DNA of 64,000 bases from an uncultured delta proteobacterium (GCA_963806225.1 CAWDXG010000004.1:864001-928000), one strand, 5' to 3'. Shown: positions 42,786 to 56,133, counted from the stretch's first letter. Numbers and translations are program-made. Notes: generated by a model from the sequence alone, not told the origin.

Positions 42786-44538
42786 GCGCGCAGACCGGCC
42801 GCCCCACGCACGGCCCCGGCGCCGCCCTCGTCGCGGCGCATGGACCGGGCGCGGATCGAGGTCGCGCGCATGCGCGAGGACCCGAACCCGGTGTGGATGC
42901 GCGAGCTGCGCCAGGCGGCGCGCCTGGGCCGCACGCCGATCATCCTGGCCGTGGTCACCGGCATGATGACGCTGCTCATCGCGTCGATCGGCGGCATCGC
43001 CAGCGCAACGGCCGAGCCCGCCAAGGTCGGCGTGGCCCTGTTCCACACCTTCTTCTCGCTGGCGTTCGCCGTCGTGGCCTGGGTCGCGCCGGCGGTCGCG
43101 GCCAGCACCATCGCCTCCGAGCGCAGCGGCAGCACCTGGGAGGCGCTGCTCCTGACCGGGCTCGGCGCGCCGTCGATCGCGCGCGGAAAGTTCCTCGCCT
43201 CGCTCACCTACATCGGCCTGTACATCGTGATGCTGGCGCCGGTGGGCGCGCTGCCGTTCCTGTTCGGCGGCGTCACGGCTACCGAGGTGGTCAGCGCGTT
43301 CGCGCTGCTGATGCTGTTCGCCGTGCTGGCCGTCGCTTTCGGTCTGTCGCGTCAGCTCCAAGTTCTCGAGCTCCGCGGTGGCCATCGTGGTGTCGCTGCT
43401 GGTCGCCGTGCCGCTGTCGCATCGTCGTGTACTCTGGCGGCGGCGTCGGCGCTGTCGTACCTGGCGCACTCGGTATGGCCCGGCGTGCCTGAAGGCCCGC
43501 CGGTGTGGCTGCCCACGGCCTATGCCCGCGCCGATTTCGGGCTGGAGTACCTGGTGTTCCTGGTGCTCACGCCGCTGACCATCGTGGCGCTGCCGGCGTG
43601 GTTCCTGTACGAGGTGACGGTCGCCAACATGGCCGGGCCGAGCGACGACCGCTCCAGTGGGCTCCGGCGCTGGTTCCTGGTCTCGGCGCTGGTGCTGGCC
43701 GTGGTGGCGATACTGCCCGCGTTCGTCGAGCCGGGCGATCGCTGGGCGGTTGCGGCTACCGGCATGGGCGCCACCGAGATCTTCCTCGCCTTTTCCGCGT
43801 TCGTCTTCGCCGGGGAGCCGCTCGGCCCCTCGCGGCGCGTGCGCGTGCACTGGGACCGGGAGGGAGCAGGTCGGCTCCGACGCTATCTGGGGCCGGGGCT
43901 GATGCGGGCGATGTCGCTGCTGCTGCTGCTCGGCCTGGTCGGGCTGCTGCTCGAGAGCGCGGGCGGCGTAGCGGCGGAGCTGCTCGGTGGCAGCCCGAGC
44001 GCGACGCAGAACGTGCGATCCCTGCTGGCCTTCGGCGGATACGCGGCGGGATTTTTCGTGTTCGTCGTCGGCTTCACGGCCTGGGTGCGCGCCCGCTCCA
44101 CCGCCTCGACCACGCCGCGGCTAGCTGCTGCTCGCCATGCTGTTCCTGGCCCTCATCGGCCCCTGGATCATAATGGCGATCGCCGGCGTCGTCACCCAGC
44201 GGGAGGATTCCGCGATGCTGCTGGCCGCCCCATCCCCGGTCTACGTGTTCCAGATGATGAAGGAGCTCGGCAGACCCTCGCCGGACAGGCTGGTGATCGG
44301 CGCGGGCGCCGTGTGCGCAGCGGCCTGGACGCTCCTGGGAATGGGGCTCCTCGGTGCGGCGCGCGTGCGCAGCGGGCGCGTGGTGCGCGAACACGAAGCC
44401 ACGCTCGCAAAGGTCGACGAGATGCTGCGCGCCGAGGACGAGGAACTCACAACCGAAGGCGAAAACCCGGCAGGCCCCGGTGCACAACCCGGCAGCGAAG
44501 GCGACGAGCCGCCGACGCCCGAGCCGACGGCAGGCTGA
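42782..44538 (+). CDS. ABC-2-type permease (frameshifted)
   Basis: NPVWMRELRQ; IASERSGSTWEALLLT..IARGK; many TM segments. Confidence 0.8.
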
Positions 44539-44542
44539 CGCC

Positions 44543-45442
44543 ATGACGGAGCTGTCCAGCTTGCTCGATCCGGAGTTCGTTCGCGAGCTCGAGGCGCTGC
44601 GCCGGCGGCTCGCTATCCGCGCGCGCTCGGGCGCCGCTGGCGAGCACGCCGCGCGCCGCAAGGGCAGCAGCGCCGAGTTCCAGGAGCACCGCGGCTACGT
44701 GCCCGGCGACGACCTCAGGCGAGTGGACTGGCTCGCGTTCGCGCGCACCGGCGAGCCCGTCGTCAAACTGTTCAGGGCCGAGGAGGACTCCATCGTGCGC
44801 CTGCTCGTCGACGGTTCGGCGTCGCTCGACTACGGCGATCCGCCCAAGATCGAGGTCGCGCGGCGGCTCGCAGCCGCGATCGGCTACATGGCTCTAGCGG
44901 GCTCGCAGCGGGCCGAGGTGCTGGTGGCCCGATCGGCGACGGAAGGCACGTCGGGTCTGGCGAGCGCGGGCGTTCCACGGCGTGGGCGCGGTGGGTTGGC
45001 CGGGCTGCTGCGCGATCTAGAGGGGGCCGCGCCGGAGGGGGCGGCGGATCTCGCCCGCGCCATCGATCAGCTCGTGCTGCGCTCGCGCCGGCCCGGCATG
45101 CTGGTCGTCTTGAGTGACTTCTTCGACGCCGGACCGGTCACCGAAGCGCTCACCCGGGCGCGTGCCGCGGGCCATGACGTGACGCTCCTGCAGATCGTGA
45201 CGCGCGACGAGATCGAGCCGGGCTTCGAAGGCGACTTCACGCTGGTCGACGCGGAAACCGGCGCCACCGTCGACGTCACGATGGACACCCATGCCATCGA
45301 AGCCTACGTGTTGCGCTTCGCTGGGCTGGTCGAGGAGCTGCGCGCCTGGGCACGTCGCCACGGCGCGGGCTACGTCCGCGCCACCGCGGACGAAGCGCTG
45401 GAAGGCGTGGTCCGGCGCTTCGTCGCGCGCGGCGTGGACTAG
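44543..45442 (+). CDS. DUF58 (VWA-like) protein
   Basis: EFQEHRGYVPGDDLRRVDW; MIDAS-like DGSAS; LSDFF. Confidence 0.92.
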   Translation: MTELSSLLDPEFVRELEALRRRLAIRARSGAAGEHAARRKGSSAEFQEHRGYVPGDDLRRVDWLAFARTGEPVVKLFRAEEDSIVRLLVDGSASLDYGDPPKIEVARRLAAAIGYMALAGSQRAEVLVARSATEGTSGLASAGVPRRGRGGLAGLLRDLEGAAPEGAADLARAIDQLVLRSRRPGMLVVLSDFFDAGPVTEALTRARAAGHDVTLLQIVTRDEIEPGFEGDFTLVDAETGATVDVTMDTHAIEAYVLRFAGLVEELRAWARRHGAGYVRATADEALEGVVRRFVARGVD

Positions 45443-45466
45443 CCCGGCGCCTGACCCGGGGAGGCT

Positions 45467-46105
45467 CTAGAAGAGCCTTCCGGTGGGCGCCATCGGCGTG
45501 TCGGCGCTGATCACGTCGGGGCCGATGGGGCTGGGGACCGCGGGCGCGGGAACGTGTGGTTCGGTCACGCTGGGTGCCTTCGGCTTGGGAGCGGCCTTCT
45601 TGGGAGCGGCCTTCTTGGGAGCGGCCTTCTTGGGAGCGGCCTTCTTGGGAGCGGCCTTCTTGGGAGCGGCCTGCGTCGGAGCGGCCTGCGTCGGCGCGGC
45701 CTTCTTCGCGGTCTTGCGAGTCGCCTTCTTCGCAGTCTTGCGGGTCGCCTTCTTGGCGGCCTTCTTCGCGGTCTTCTTGGCCGCCTTCTTCGCGGTCCTG
45801 CGGGTCGCCTTCTTCGCGGCCTTCTTTGCCGCCTTCTTGGTCGACCGCTTCGAAGCCTTGCGGGTTGCCTTCTTCGCGGCCTTGCGGGTTGCCTTCTTGG
45901 TCGACCGCTTCGATGCCTTGCGGGTTGCCTTCTTCGCGGTCTTCTTCGCCGCCTTCTTCGCGGTCTTCTTGGCCGCCTTCTTCGCGGTCTTGCGGCGGGT
46001 CTTCTTCGCCGCCTTCTTCGCGGTCTTCCTGCGTGCGGAGCCGGCGCGACGCGAGGTCCCGGTCTTCTTCGTTGCCTTCTTGCTCTTGCGCTTACGTGCG
46101 GCCAT
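45467..46105 (-). CDS. Histone H1-like Lys/Ala-rich basic protein
   Basis: KKAAKKTA/ATRK and AAPKK repeats; SD-like GAGGAA before the ATG. Confidence 0.8.
   Translation of the reverse strand: MAARKRKSKKATKKTGTSRRAGSARRKTAKKAAKKTRRKTAKKAAKKTAKKAAKKTAKKATRKASKRSTKKATRKAAKKATRKASKRSTKKAAKKAAKKATRRTAKKAAKKTAKKAAKKATRKTAKKATRKTAKKAAPTQAAPTQAAPKKAAPKKAAPKKAAPKKAAPKKAAPKPKAPSVTEPHVPAPAVPSPIGPDVISADTPMAPTGRLF
45585..45700 (-). repeat. 15-bp tandem repeat (AAPKK)
   Basis: cttgggagcggcctt x5-6, plus two AAPTQ variants. Confidence 0.9.
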
Positions 46106-46260
46106 GTAGATTTCCTCGTTGATGAACGCTCGCGTCCGTCGAGCGGACCGACACTCTCTGTCTTGTCTCGCGCGCCGTCAACCTCGCAGTTGTCGTTCCG
46201 TCCGGTGACTGACGCTGGACATGCGACGACTTCAACGTCCGGGTGCTATCCTGACAGTGC

Positions 46261-46953
46261 ATGTCCGACGCCGAACTCGTCCGCGAGGCGCTCCGCATCT
46301 ACCGGCGCTACGCCACGGAGATCATCGAACGCCACGCATTCTGTCCGTGGGCCGAGCGCGCGCGGCAGGAGGGGCACGTAGCCGAGCGCGTGCTGACCCA
46401 GAGCGACACCACGGACACGGCGCCGTCGCTGGCTGCCATCGCAGAGCTGGATGCGGATGCAGAGACCGAGATCGGGCTGCTTATCTACCCGCGGCTACCG
46501 CTTGGCAGGCTGGATTTCGAGCACTTCGTGGCCCACATCCGCCGCGACGACACGGCCCGCCACCAGCTGGGCTCCGTCCCTTTCGCCATGGCGGCGTTCC
46601 ACCCGGACGCCCGGGCCGACCTGTCCGATCCCGAGCGGCTGATCCCGTTCATCCGGCGCAGCCCCGACCCCACCATCCAGCTCGTCCGCCAGAGCGTGCT
46701 CGAGCGCGTGCGCAGCCGCTCTCCGGAGGGAACGGCGTTCATCGATCCGGCCTCGCTCGATCTGGAGCGACTGCTCGCCGCGCAGGAGAAGCCGACCGCA
46801 CCGCTGCGCCAGCGCATTGCTCGAGCCAACCAGCAGACCGTCGCCGAGGTGGGCGTCGCCGAGCTGGAGGCCCAGCTCGACGACATCCTGCGTGATCGGG
46901 ACGAGAGCTACGCCCGCTTCGGGCTGCCGGGCCGGCGCGGCGCCACCGGCTGA
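46261..46953 (+). CDS. DUF1415-like protein
   Basis: FCPWA; AFHPD; RRSPDPTIQLVR. Confidence 0.65.
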   Translation: MSDAELVREALRIYRRYATEIIERHAFCPWAERARQEGHVAERVLTQSDTTDTAPSLAAIAELDADAETEIGLLIYPRLPLGRLDFEHFVAHIRRDDTARHQLGSVPFAMAAFHPDARADLSDPERLIPFIRRSPDPTIQLVRQSVLERVRSRSPEGTAFIDPASLDLERLLAAQEKPTAPLRQRIARANQQTVAEVGVAELEAQLDDILRDRDESYARFGLPGRRGATG

Positions 46954-47000
46954 GCCGACGACCACCTTCCGCGGAAATCCGCGCTAGGCTCCCGGCGCCG

Positions 47001-48968
47001 ATGCCTTTCGAGCTCAGGAGCCCGGGCGGCCTGTGGCTGCTCGGCCTGATCGCACCGCTGGTGCTGTTGTACGTGCTCCGGATCCGCCGCCAGCGGCTGC
47101 GCGTGCCGTCAACCTGGCTGTGGGGCGCGGCGCAGCGCGATCTCCTGGCGAAGAGCCCGTTCAAGCGGCTGGTAGTGCAGGTGCCGCTGATCCTGCAGCT
47201 CCTGGCGTTGATCCTGCTCGCCCTGGCGCTCGGTCGTCCGGCCACCCGGGGCGGCGCGATCACTGGCGACCACGTCGCCATCATCATCGACACCAGCGCA
47301 TCGATGAGCGCGAAGGGCCCCGACGGAAAGACCCGCATCGAGCGGGCGAAGAAGTCGGCGCACGACGTGATCCGCTCGCTCGGACCCGGCGCGGACGCGA
47401 TGATCGTGGATGCCGGGCGGAACGCGCTGATCGCGTCGCCCCTGGACCGCGACCCGCGCCGGCTCGACGCCGCGGTGGACAGCCTGCGCGCGCGCGACGT
47501 GGAGGGCGATCTCGGGCGCGCGCTGGCCATCGCGAGCGACCGACTGCGACAGCTGCCGGGCGAGAAGCGCATCGTCGTCCTCACCGATGGGGCGCTGGCC
47601 CACCCCGACTCGCTGGCGTCGGCGACGCTGCCGATCGACGTGATCCGGGTCGGCTCCCCTGTCGACAACGTCGCCATGGTCCGCGTCGACGTGCGCAGCG
47701 GGCAGGATCCTGCCACGCACCACGACCAGGTGCAGGCCTTCGCGCTGATCGCCAACTACGGCGACCGCGAGAGGAGCGTGTTCGTCACGCTCAGGCAGCG
47801 CAACGTCTCCGAGCCGCTCGCCTCGCGACGCCTCCAGCTCGCTCCCGGCGAACGCGCCCCCGTCGTCCTGACGTTCGAGCCGGCAGCCGGCGACGCCGGC
47901 ACCGGACTCGTCATGCAGCTGAGCCCCGGGGATGCGCTGAGCGTCGACGATCGCGCCTACGCCCGCGTGCCGGCGGGCCGGAAGATCCCGGTCGTGATGG
48001 CGCCCGGGAACGCAAACCCCTGGTTCAAGCGCGCGCTGCTGGCGGATCCGGACGTGGATCTGATGGGGACCTCGCTCGCCGCGCTGCCGAAGGCCGACGT
48101 TCCGCCCGACGCGCTGGTGGTCGTCGACGGCGCCTGCCCGGCGAACGCGCCCGGCGCAGATCTGGTGATTCTGGATCCACCGGCGGGCCGCTGTCGCACC
48201 TCGGTCGTGGGCAAGCGCATCGACAAGCCGGCGATCACCTCGTGGTCGAAGAGCGATCCGCGACTCCGCTTCCTGACGCTGGACGGAGTCGAGCTCCTGT
48301 CGGCGCGCCGCATCGAGACCGATGGTCCCGCCGACTCGCTGGTGAGGGCACGTGAAGGCACGGTCATCAGCGATATCTCCATGCCCGGGCGCAGCGCGAC
48401 GCTGGTTTCGTTCGACGTGGGCGACAGCAACTGGCCGCTGAAGGCCAGCTTCGTGCTATTCGTGCGCAACATCGTCGAGCTCGCGCGCTCGCACCGAGCG
48501 CGCGGCATCACCGGCCCGGCCCGAACAGGGCAGCCGATGCGCGTACGCGTGCCCCCGGACGTGAGCCGCGTGAGCATCGAGGAACCGGGCGGCAAGCGCA
48601 TGCAGGTCCCGGCGCGGGGCGGCCTGGTGGTGGTGCCGGAGGTCGCACAGGCCGGCTTCTACTTCGTGAGCTGGAAGGGCAGGCGCGCGGGCAGCGTGCT
48701 CGTCGCGGCCAACCTCACCAGCGACGCCGAGAGCGACACGCGCCCGAAGAAGCTCTCCCAGGGGCGAGCCGCGGTGACGGTCTCGAGCGCGGCGAAGGTC
48801 GCCGACGCCCGGACCGACTGGACCTGGCTCCTGGCGCTTCTGGCGCTCGGGTTCATCGTGTTCGACGTGTGGTGGCTGACGCGGCGCGCGCGGACGCGCG
48901 CCAGCCTGGCCCAGCCGCCGAAGCCCCGGCTGCCCGACCGACCCCGCCCCGAAAGGCGCGCGGCGTGA
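47001..48968 (+). CDS. BatA-N plus VWA domain membrane protein
   Basis: N-terminal double TM (PLVLLYVL..LALGRP); MIDAS DTSASM; LTDG; C-terminal TM. Confidence 0.88.
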   Translation: MPFELRSPGGLWLLGLIAPLVLLYVLRIRRQRLRVPSTWLWGAAQRDLLAKSPFKRLVVQVPLILQLLALILLALALGRPATRGGAITGDHVAIIIDTSASMSAKGPDGKTRIERAKKSAHDVIRSLGPGADAMIVDAGRNALIASPLDRDPRRLDAAVDSLRARDVEGDLGRALAIASDRLRQLPGEKRIVVLTDGALAHPDSLASATLPIDVIRVGSPVDNVAMVRVDVRSGQDPATHHDQVQAFALIANYGDRERSVFVTLRQRNVSEPLASRRLQLAPGERAPVVLTFEPAAGDAGTGLVMQLSPGDALSVDDRAYARVPAGRKIPVVMAPGNANPWFKRALLADPDVDLMGTSLAALPKADVPPDALVVVDGACPANAPGADLVILDPPAGRCRTSVVGKRIDKPAITSWSKSDPRLRFLTLDGVELLSARRIETDGPADSLVRAREGTVISDISMPGRSATLVSFDVGDSNWPLKASFVLFVRNIVELARSHRARGITGPARTGQPMRVRVPPDVSRVSIEEPGGKRMQVPARGGLVVVPEVAQAGFYFVSWKGRRAGSVLVAANLTSDAESDTRPKKLSQGRAAVTVSSAAKVADARTDWTWLLALLALGFIVFDVWWLTRRARTRASLAQPPKPRLPDRPRPERRAA

Positions 48969-51900
48969 TCCCGCCGTCGGTGACGCGCTGGGTGCCGCTC
49001 GCCGCGCTCGTGCTGGGAGCCGTGGTCTGGCTCGCCTATCTCGGGTGGGCGGCGCGGCGAAAGCGCCTGGCGCGGCGTCCAATCCTGATGGCCACCAGCG
49101 TGCTGGGCGTGCTGCCGCTGCTGTACGTCGGCCTGACCTGGGCGCGCGTGCTGCCCGATCACTATCTGAGGATCGAGCGACCGCTGCTGGCGCTGCCCTG
49201 CGCGCTCGCAGTCGTATTCGTCGCGCACCGACTGCTCTCGTTGTCTGCGCGGCAAAACGCCTGGCGGCGCGGCCTCACCGAGCTGATGATCGGCCTCTCG
49301 GTGCTCGCGGCGTCGCTCGCGGCCATCGGCGCCGAGCTCGGCAAGCCGCTCGACCGGCTGGCAGTCATCGTCGCCATCGACCGCAGCCGCAGCATCGATC
49401 TGGTGCCGGACGCCGACTCGCGCGTCCACGCCGAGCTGTCGGTGGCCGAGGTCGGCATGCGCGACGACGACCGCATCGGCACCGTCGCGTTCGCGGCCGA
49501 ACGCGGCCGTCGAGGATCCGCTGCGACCGCGCACGCGCCTGCCCGCTCCGCAGAAGGCCGAGCTCGGGCGCGACGGCACCGACATCGGCGCCGCCATCCG
49601 GCGCGCACTGGCCGAAGTCCCCGCGGACTCGGCCGCGCGCATCGTGGTGATGAGCGACGGCGTCAACACGCGCGGCGACCCGCTGGAGGCCGCCGCCGCG
49701 GCGGTAGCCGCGGGCGTGCCCGTCGACGTGGTGCCGCTCGACCAGAGCAAGGTGCAAGGACCTGCGTCTGGTCGCGGTGCGCATGCCGGCCCGCGCCAGC
49801 GAGGGCGAGACGCTCGAGATGCGCATCGTCACGTCCGCCAGCGAGCCCACGCCGATCGAGGTACGGGTGTACCGCGACGGCAAGCTGCTCCGGAAGGGCA
49901 ACGGCAAGGTCGCAAAGGGCGAGGACGTGCTCAGGTTGCGCGAACAGGCGCCGGGACCGGGACTGCATCGCTACCGACGTGGCGGTCAGCGCCCTCGACC
50001 CGAAACAGGACGCCGCGCCGGAGGACAACGAGGGCTCGACCTTCGTGCGCGTGCGGGGGCAGGCCTCGGCGCTGGTGATGGAGCGCGATCCGGCCATGGC
50101 GGCAGCGCTGGTGCACGCCTTGCAGAGCGCAGCGTTCCAGGTCGATAGCGCGGGTCCGGAGGGCGTGCCGGCCGACGTAGCGGGCTTCGCTGCCTACGAC
50201 CTGGTCGTGCTCAGCGACATCTCGGCGGTGGACTTTTCGCCGACGCAGCTCGCCGCGCTCGCCAGCTACGTGCGTGACCTCGGCGGCGGGCTCTTGCTGA
50301 TGGGCGGCGATCACGCGATGGGTCCGGGCGGCTACGGCAAGACGCCGGTCGAGGAAGTGAGCCCGGTCTCCTTCGACCTGAAGCAGGAGCGGCGCCGCGC
50401 CAGCCTCGCCGAGGTGATCGCCATCGACTACTCGGGCTCGATGGGCATGAGCGTCGGCGGGCACACCAAGCTGGAGCTCGCCAACGAAGCCGCCGCGCGA
50501 TCGGCCAAGCTGCTCGGCAGCAGCGACCGCCTCGGCGTGATGCACGTGGACACCTCGGTGAAGTGGACGGTGCCGCTCGGCCCCGTCACGGACAAGGCGA
50601 CAGATCGAAAAGGCGATCCGCTCGGTGGGCCCCGGCGGCGGCGGCATCTACGTCGATCTGTCGCTACGCACCGCGTACGCGGCGCTCGACAAGGAAAAGG
50701 TCAACCTCAAGCACGTGCTGCTGTTCTCGGACGGCGCCGACGCCGAGCAGCGCACCAACGCCTTCGCGCTCGCGTCCGCGGCGCCAAGGCCCGAGGCATC
50801 ACCACCAGCGTGGTCGCGCTCGGGCGCGGCAGCGACGTGGCGGCGCTCGAGCACACGAGCAAGCTCGGCGGCGGCCGCTTCTACCTGATCGAGGACGCCT
50901 CGCGACTGCCCGCGGTGTTCGCGCAGGAAACGATCCTGGCGTCGCGCAGCTCGATCAACGAGGTGACGTTCCACGCGACGCCCTCGACGCCCGGTCCGCC
51001 CACGCGCGGCGTCGACTTCGGCGCCGGCACCCGCACTTACCGGCTACGTGGTCACCATTCCGAAGGGCCGCGCGCAGGTGCTGCTCCGCGGCCCGGAGGG
51101 CGACCCGATTCTGGCTACCTGGTCGGTCGGCATCGGACGCGCCGCCGCGTTCACCAGCGACTACAAGGATCGCTGGGGGCAGGCGTGGACCAGCTGGGCG
51201 GGCGCCGCGCGCATGTTCGGGCAGCTCGGCCGCGACATCGCCCGCGTCGCCGACGATCCGGACGTGCGGCTCGAGGCAGACGCCGCAGGCGGCCAGCTAC
51301 ACGTCCGCGCCACGGTGGTCGACGACGACGGCCGCACCGAGAGCTTCCGCCGCCTGAAGGTGCGCGTCGGCGGCCCCGACGGCTTCGAGCGCGAGGTGGC
51401 GCTCGAGGCGGTCGGCGCCGGTGCGTACGCCGCGACCGTTCCGCTGTCGCGCCCTGGCGCCTACATCACCACCGCCGTCGACGAGCTCAGCGGCAAGCCG
51501 GTCGGCACCACGGGCGCGGTGCTCACCGCGGGGGAGGAGCTGCGGCCCACCGGCACCGACCGCGCGCTGCTCGGGCGCATCGCGGCGCTGACCGGCGGGC
51601 GCATGCGCGACACGCTCGCCGGCATCTTCCACGACCGCGAAGCCAAGCGCTTTTCCTACCGCGACCTCGGCGCGCCTCTGATCCTGCTGGCCGCCTTCGC
51701 GCTGCTTGCTCGGCGTGGCCGCGCGACGTCTGGCTCTGCCCGAGGCCGTCGGCGGTCTGCCGGGACGGCTGCGCGCGCGCCTGCGGCACAGGAGCGAGCG
51801 ACGCGCCCGGGCCGCCGCTCGCGGCCGGAGCGACGCGCTCGACTCCCTGCTCGACGCCAAGTCGCGCTCGGCAGCCGCGCAGGGCAGGAGCACGCCACGC

Positions 51901-52101
51901 GTGGAGAGCGACGCACCGCCGCCGAGCGTGCCGCGCTTCGGGCACGCGGCGCGTCCGCCGCCGGTGGCGGGTCCCGGCCGGGAAATCGCGCCACCTCCGC
52001 CCTCGGGCGGCGCGCCCGCGTCCGGCGCTGCGCCCCCCTCCGGGCGACCGCTGACTGCCGCGGAGATCCTGCTGGCGCGACGCCGCGGCCGGCGCCGCTA
52101 G
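48965..52101 (+). CDS. Double-VWA plus glutamine-amidotransferase-like membrane protein (frameshifted)
   Basis: DRSRS..MSDG; YDLVVLSD..GGGLLLMGG..GPGGY; DYSGSM..FSDG; C-terminal TM and Pro/Arg tail. Confidence 0.8.
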
Positions 52102-52137
52102 GCACGCCCCGGGACGCTTCTGCTAGGCTCGGCACGC

Positions 52138-52803
52138 ATGCGTGGCGTGACCGTGAGCTGGCTGATCGTGCTGCCCGCGCTGGCAGCCTGTGCTCCCGGG
52201 CCCCAGCCCTGCAACACGCCCGGTACCTGCGCCCGCGGCTACGAGTGTCTGGCCAACCGCTGCGTCGCCGCCGGCGGCGCGCCGGTGCCAGCAGGCAGCC
52301 GCCGGATCGTGACCGAAGCAGCGCGGATGGCTGTGGTGAGCTCGCGCGCCCATCCGCGCGCCGGCGAGCTGCCGACCGCGGTGGTCTTCGGCAGCCGGGC
52401 GGAGGGGTCGGTCGGTCTGTACCTCGATTTCGAACCGGCCTGGCCGAAGGGCCGCCGCATCGAGAGCGCGTTCGTGCTGCTCGATCCGATGCCGGGCACA
52501 CCAGTCGGCTCGCGGGACGTGCGGGTCGACGCCTGGCGCGTGAAGGGCGCATGGGACGAGCAGAGTCTGACGTGGCTCCGCCAGCCGCCGCTCGGCCGTC
52601 CGCACAGTCAGGGCATTGCCCGCTCCGCGCCGCCATCCGTACTGCGTATCGACGTGACCGCACTAGCGCGCGCCGTCCACGACGGCACGCGCAGCTATCA
52701 CGGCATCGCCCTCAGATCGCGCGACATTGGAAGCGTCGGGGCGAGCTTCTCCACCGGCATCGGCGGCGGCCAGGCTCCACGGCTCGAAATCTACTACCGT
52801 TGA
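52138..52803 (+). CDS. DNRLRE-like domain lipoprotein
   Basis: Lipobox LAAC; small Cys knot; WDEQSLTW; LRIDVT; PRLEIYY. Confidence 0.65.
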   Translation: MRGVTVSWLIVLPALAACAPGPQPCNTPGTCARGYECLANRCVAAGGAPVPAGSRRIVTEAARMAVVSSRAHPRAGELPTAVVFGSRAEGSVGLYLDFEPAWPKGRRIESAFVLLDPMPGTPVGSRDVRVDAWRVKGAWDEQSLTWLRQPPLGRPHSQGIARSAPPSVLRIDVTALARAVHDGTRSYHGIALRSRDIGSVGASFSTGIGGGQAPRLEIYYR

Positions 52804-52930
52804 CCTCCCACCCGCCCACCTCCTCGGTTCGCTGTCGTTTCGCTGGTTTCCGGGCTAGCTGACGAGCCATCACGGCCCGGGCCGCACACGCGACCTCACA
52901 GCGTCCCCGCGTGCTAACGTGCGCCCGCTC

Positions 52931-53942
52931 ATGGTCGAACCGCTTCTCGGCGTGCGGCACCTCACAACCGCCTTCCACACCGACCGCGGGCCTGCTCAAG
53001 GCCGTCGACGACGTGTCGTTCGATGTGCCCGAGGGGACGACGCTGGCGATCGTCGGCGAGAGCGGCTGCGGCAAGAGCGTGACCGCGCTGTCCGTGATGC
53101 GCCTGGTGCCCTCGCCGCCGGGCGAGATCACGGGCGGGGAAATCCATTTCCAGGGCCAGAACCTGCTCGCGCTCGGCGAGAAGGCCATGCGCGGCGTCCG
53201 CGGCGACAAGATCAGCATGATCTTCCAGGAGCCGATGACCTCGCTCAACCCGGTCTACACGGTCGGCTCGCAGATCGTCGAGGCCATCCGCATCCACCGT
53301 GACGGCTCGCGCCGCGCCGCGCGGGAACGCGCTGTGGAGATGCTCAGTCTGGTGGGCATCCCCTCCCCGGAAGAACGCGTCGATTCCTATCCGCACCAGC
53401 TGTCCGGCGGCATGCGCCAGCGCGTCATGATCGCGATGGCGCTGTCCTGCGATCCCGATCTGCTCATCGCCGACGAGCCGACGACCGCGCTCGACGTCAC
53501 CATCCAGGCGCAGATCCTCGATCTGCTCCGCCGCCTGCAGAGCGAGCTCGGGCATGAGCATCGTCTTCATCACCCACGACCTGGGCGTGGTCGCGGAGTT
53601 CGCCAGCCAGGTGGTCGTGATGTACGCGGGACGCGTGGTGGAGAGCGGCCCGGTGGACAAGCTCTTCTCCGATCCGCTGCATCCCTACACGCGCGGCCTG
53701 CTCGCCAGCGTGCCGCCGATGGACGTGTCCGCAGGGCGACAACCGACCGCGACGCCTGCCGACGATCGAAGGCCTGGTTCCGGATCTGGCCGAGCTTCCG
53801 CCAGGCTGTCGCTTCGCCGATCGCTGCGCGCTCCGCGCGGAAAAGCCCCCGGGCTACGAGCGCTGCACCGAGACCGAGCCGGATCTCGTCGATTCAGGCT
53901 GACGGGCGGCAGGGCGCGCTGCTACTACGCGGGCGCGGCTTC

Positions 53943-53946
<4 letters not shown>
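52931..53946 (+). CDS. Oligopeptide ABC ATP-binding protein, OppD/DppD-like (frameshifted)
   Basis: [39 protein letters not shown]. Confidence 0.92.
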
Positions 53947-55069
<1,123 letters not shown>

Positions 55070-55070
55070 C

Positions 55071-55988
55071 TCAGGTGTCCCAGGGCAGCGGGGGATAAGG
55101 CTCACCGGGTTCGGCTGGCTCGGTGTGGACGGTCACGTCGGCAACACCGTCGATACCCTGCTTCAGCGCGTCGACGACCCAGTGCGTCACCTCGTGCGCC
55201 TGTACGACGTCGAGGTGCGGAGCGATCTGGATATGCAGGTCCATGTAGATCGTGCCCGGAACCCCCCGCGTGCGGATCTTGTGCGTGCCCGCGACCCCGG
55301 GCACACCGAGCACGATCACCCGCACGCGCTCCTCGTCGACCCGCGCGGCGTCCGCCAGGTAGCCGACGTTGTGGCGCAGCACGCTGATGCCGGCCCAGGC
55401 GATGAACACCGCCACCACGCCCGCCGCCAGCACATCGAAAATAGGGTAGCCGAGATCGACCAGAACGCTGGCGACCAGCACGCCCAGCGTAACCAGTACG
55501 TCGGAGCGCGTGTGGGTCGCGTCGCTGATCAGAAAGGCGCTGTCCAGCTCCTTGCCCCGGCGGTTCTCGTACGCCGCCACGAAGACATTCACGACCAGAG
55601 TCGCCCCGAGCACGACGAACGCGCCCGCGCCGACCCGCGGCAGCGCCGTGCCCGCCCCCATGAGCCGCCCGATCGCCCCGCTTACCACGTCGTAGGCCAT
55701 GGCCAGGAGCGACATCCCGACCAACACCGAGGCGACAATCTCGAATTTGTGGTGCCCGTACGGGTGCCCTTCATCCGGCGGACGGCTCGCCATCCAGATG
55801 CCGATCAGCCCCGCGATGTTGTTCACGGAGTCCGTCGTGGAGTGGAAACCGTCGGCCTGGATGGCCAGCACGTCTGCGAACCTGCCGTAGGCGATCTTGC
55901 TGGCTGCCACGGCGACGTTGAGCACGAAGGTGATCCAGATCACCCGGCGCACGGCGCGCGTGCGGTCCGCCGCTTCCCTGTGCTGCAC
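55071..55988 (-). CDS. Cation diffusion facilitator (FieF-like)
   Basis: [27 protein letters not shown]. Confidence 0.92.
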   Translation of the reverse strand: MQHREAADRTRAVRRVIWITFVLNVAVAASKIAYGRFADVLAIQADGFHSTTDSVNNIAGLIGIWMASRPPDEGHPYGHHKFEIVASVLVGMSLLAMAYDVVSGAIGRLMGAGTALPRVGAGAFVVLGATLVVNVFVAAYENRRGKELDSAFLISDATHTRSDVLVTLGVLVASVLVDLGYPIFDVLAAGVVAVFIAWAGISVLRHNVGYLADAARVDEERVRVIVLGVPGVAGTHKIRTRGVPGTIYMDLHIQIAPHLDVVQAHEVTHWVVDALKQGIDGVADVTVHTEPAEPGEPYPPLPWDT

Positions 55989-56133
55989 CGCGGCAAGGTA
56001 ACATCGGCCCCCCATCCGACAAGCGGATCCGGCAGGGGGCGGAAACCGCCAGGAAAAGCCGCCCCTTCGCTACCTGTCAACAAGTGACAGCGAGCTGACC
56101 GATTCCTGACACGCGGTCGGCTATCCCTGGATC

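Noticed and set aside
45483..46109. Hydrophobic AAFF-repeat membrane protein on the + strand
   Set aside because: Antisense mirror of the Lys/Ala-rich gene, which has the SD and a plausible composition.
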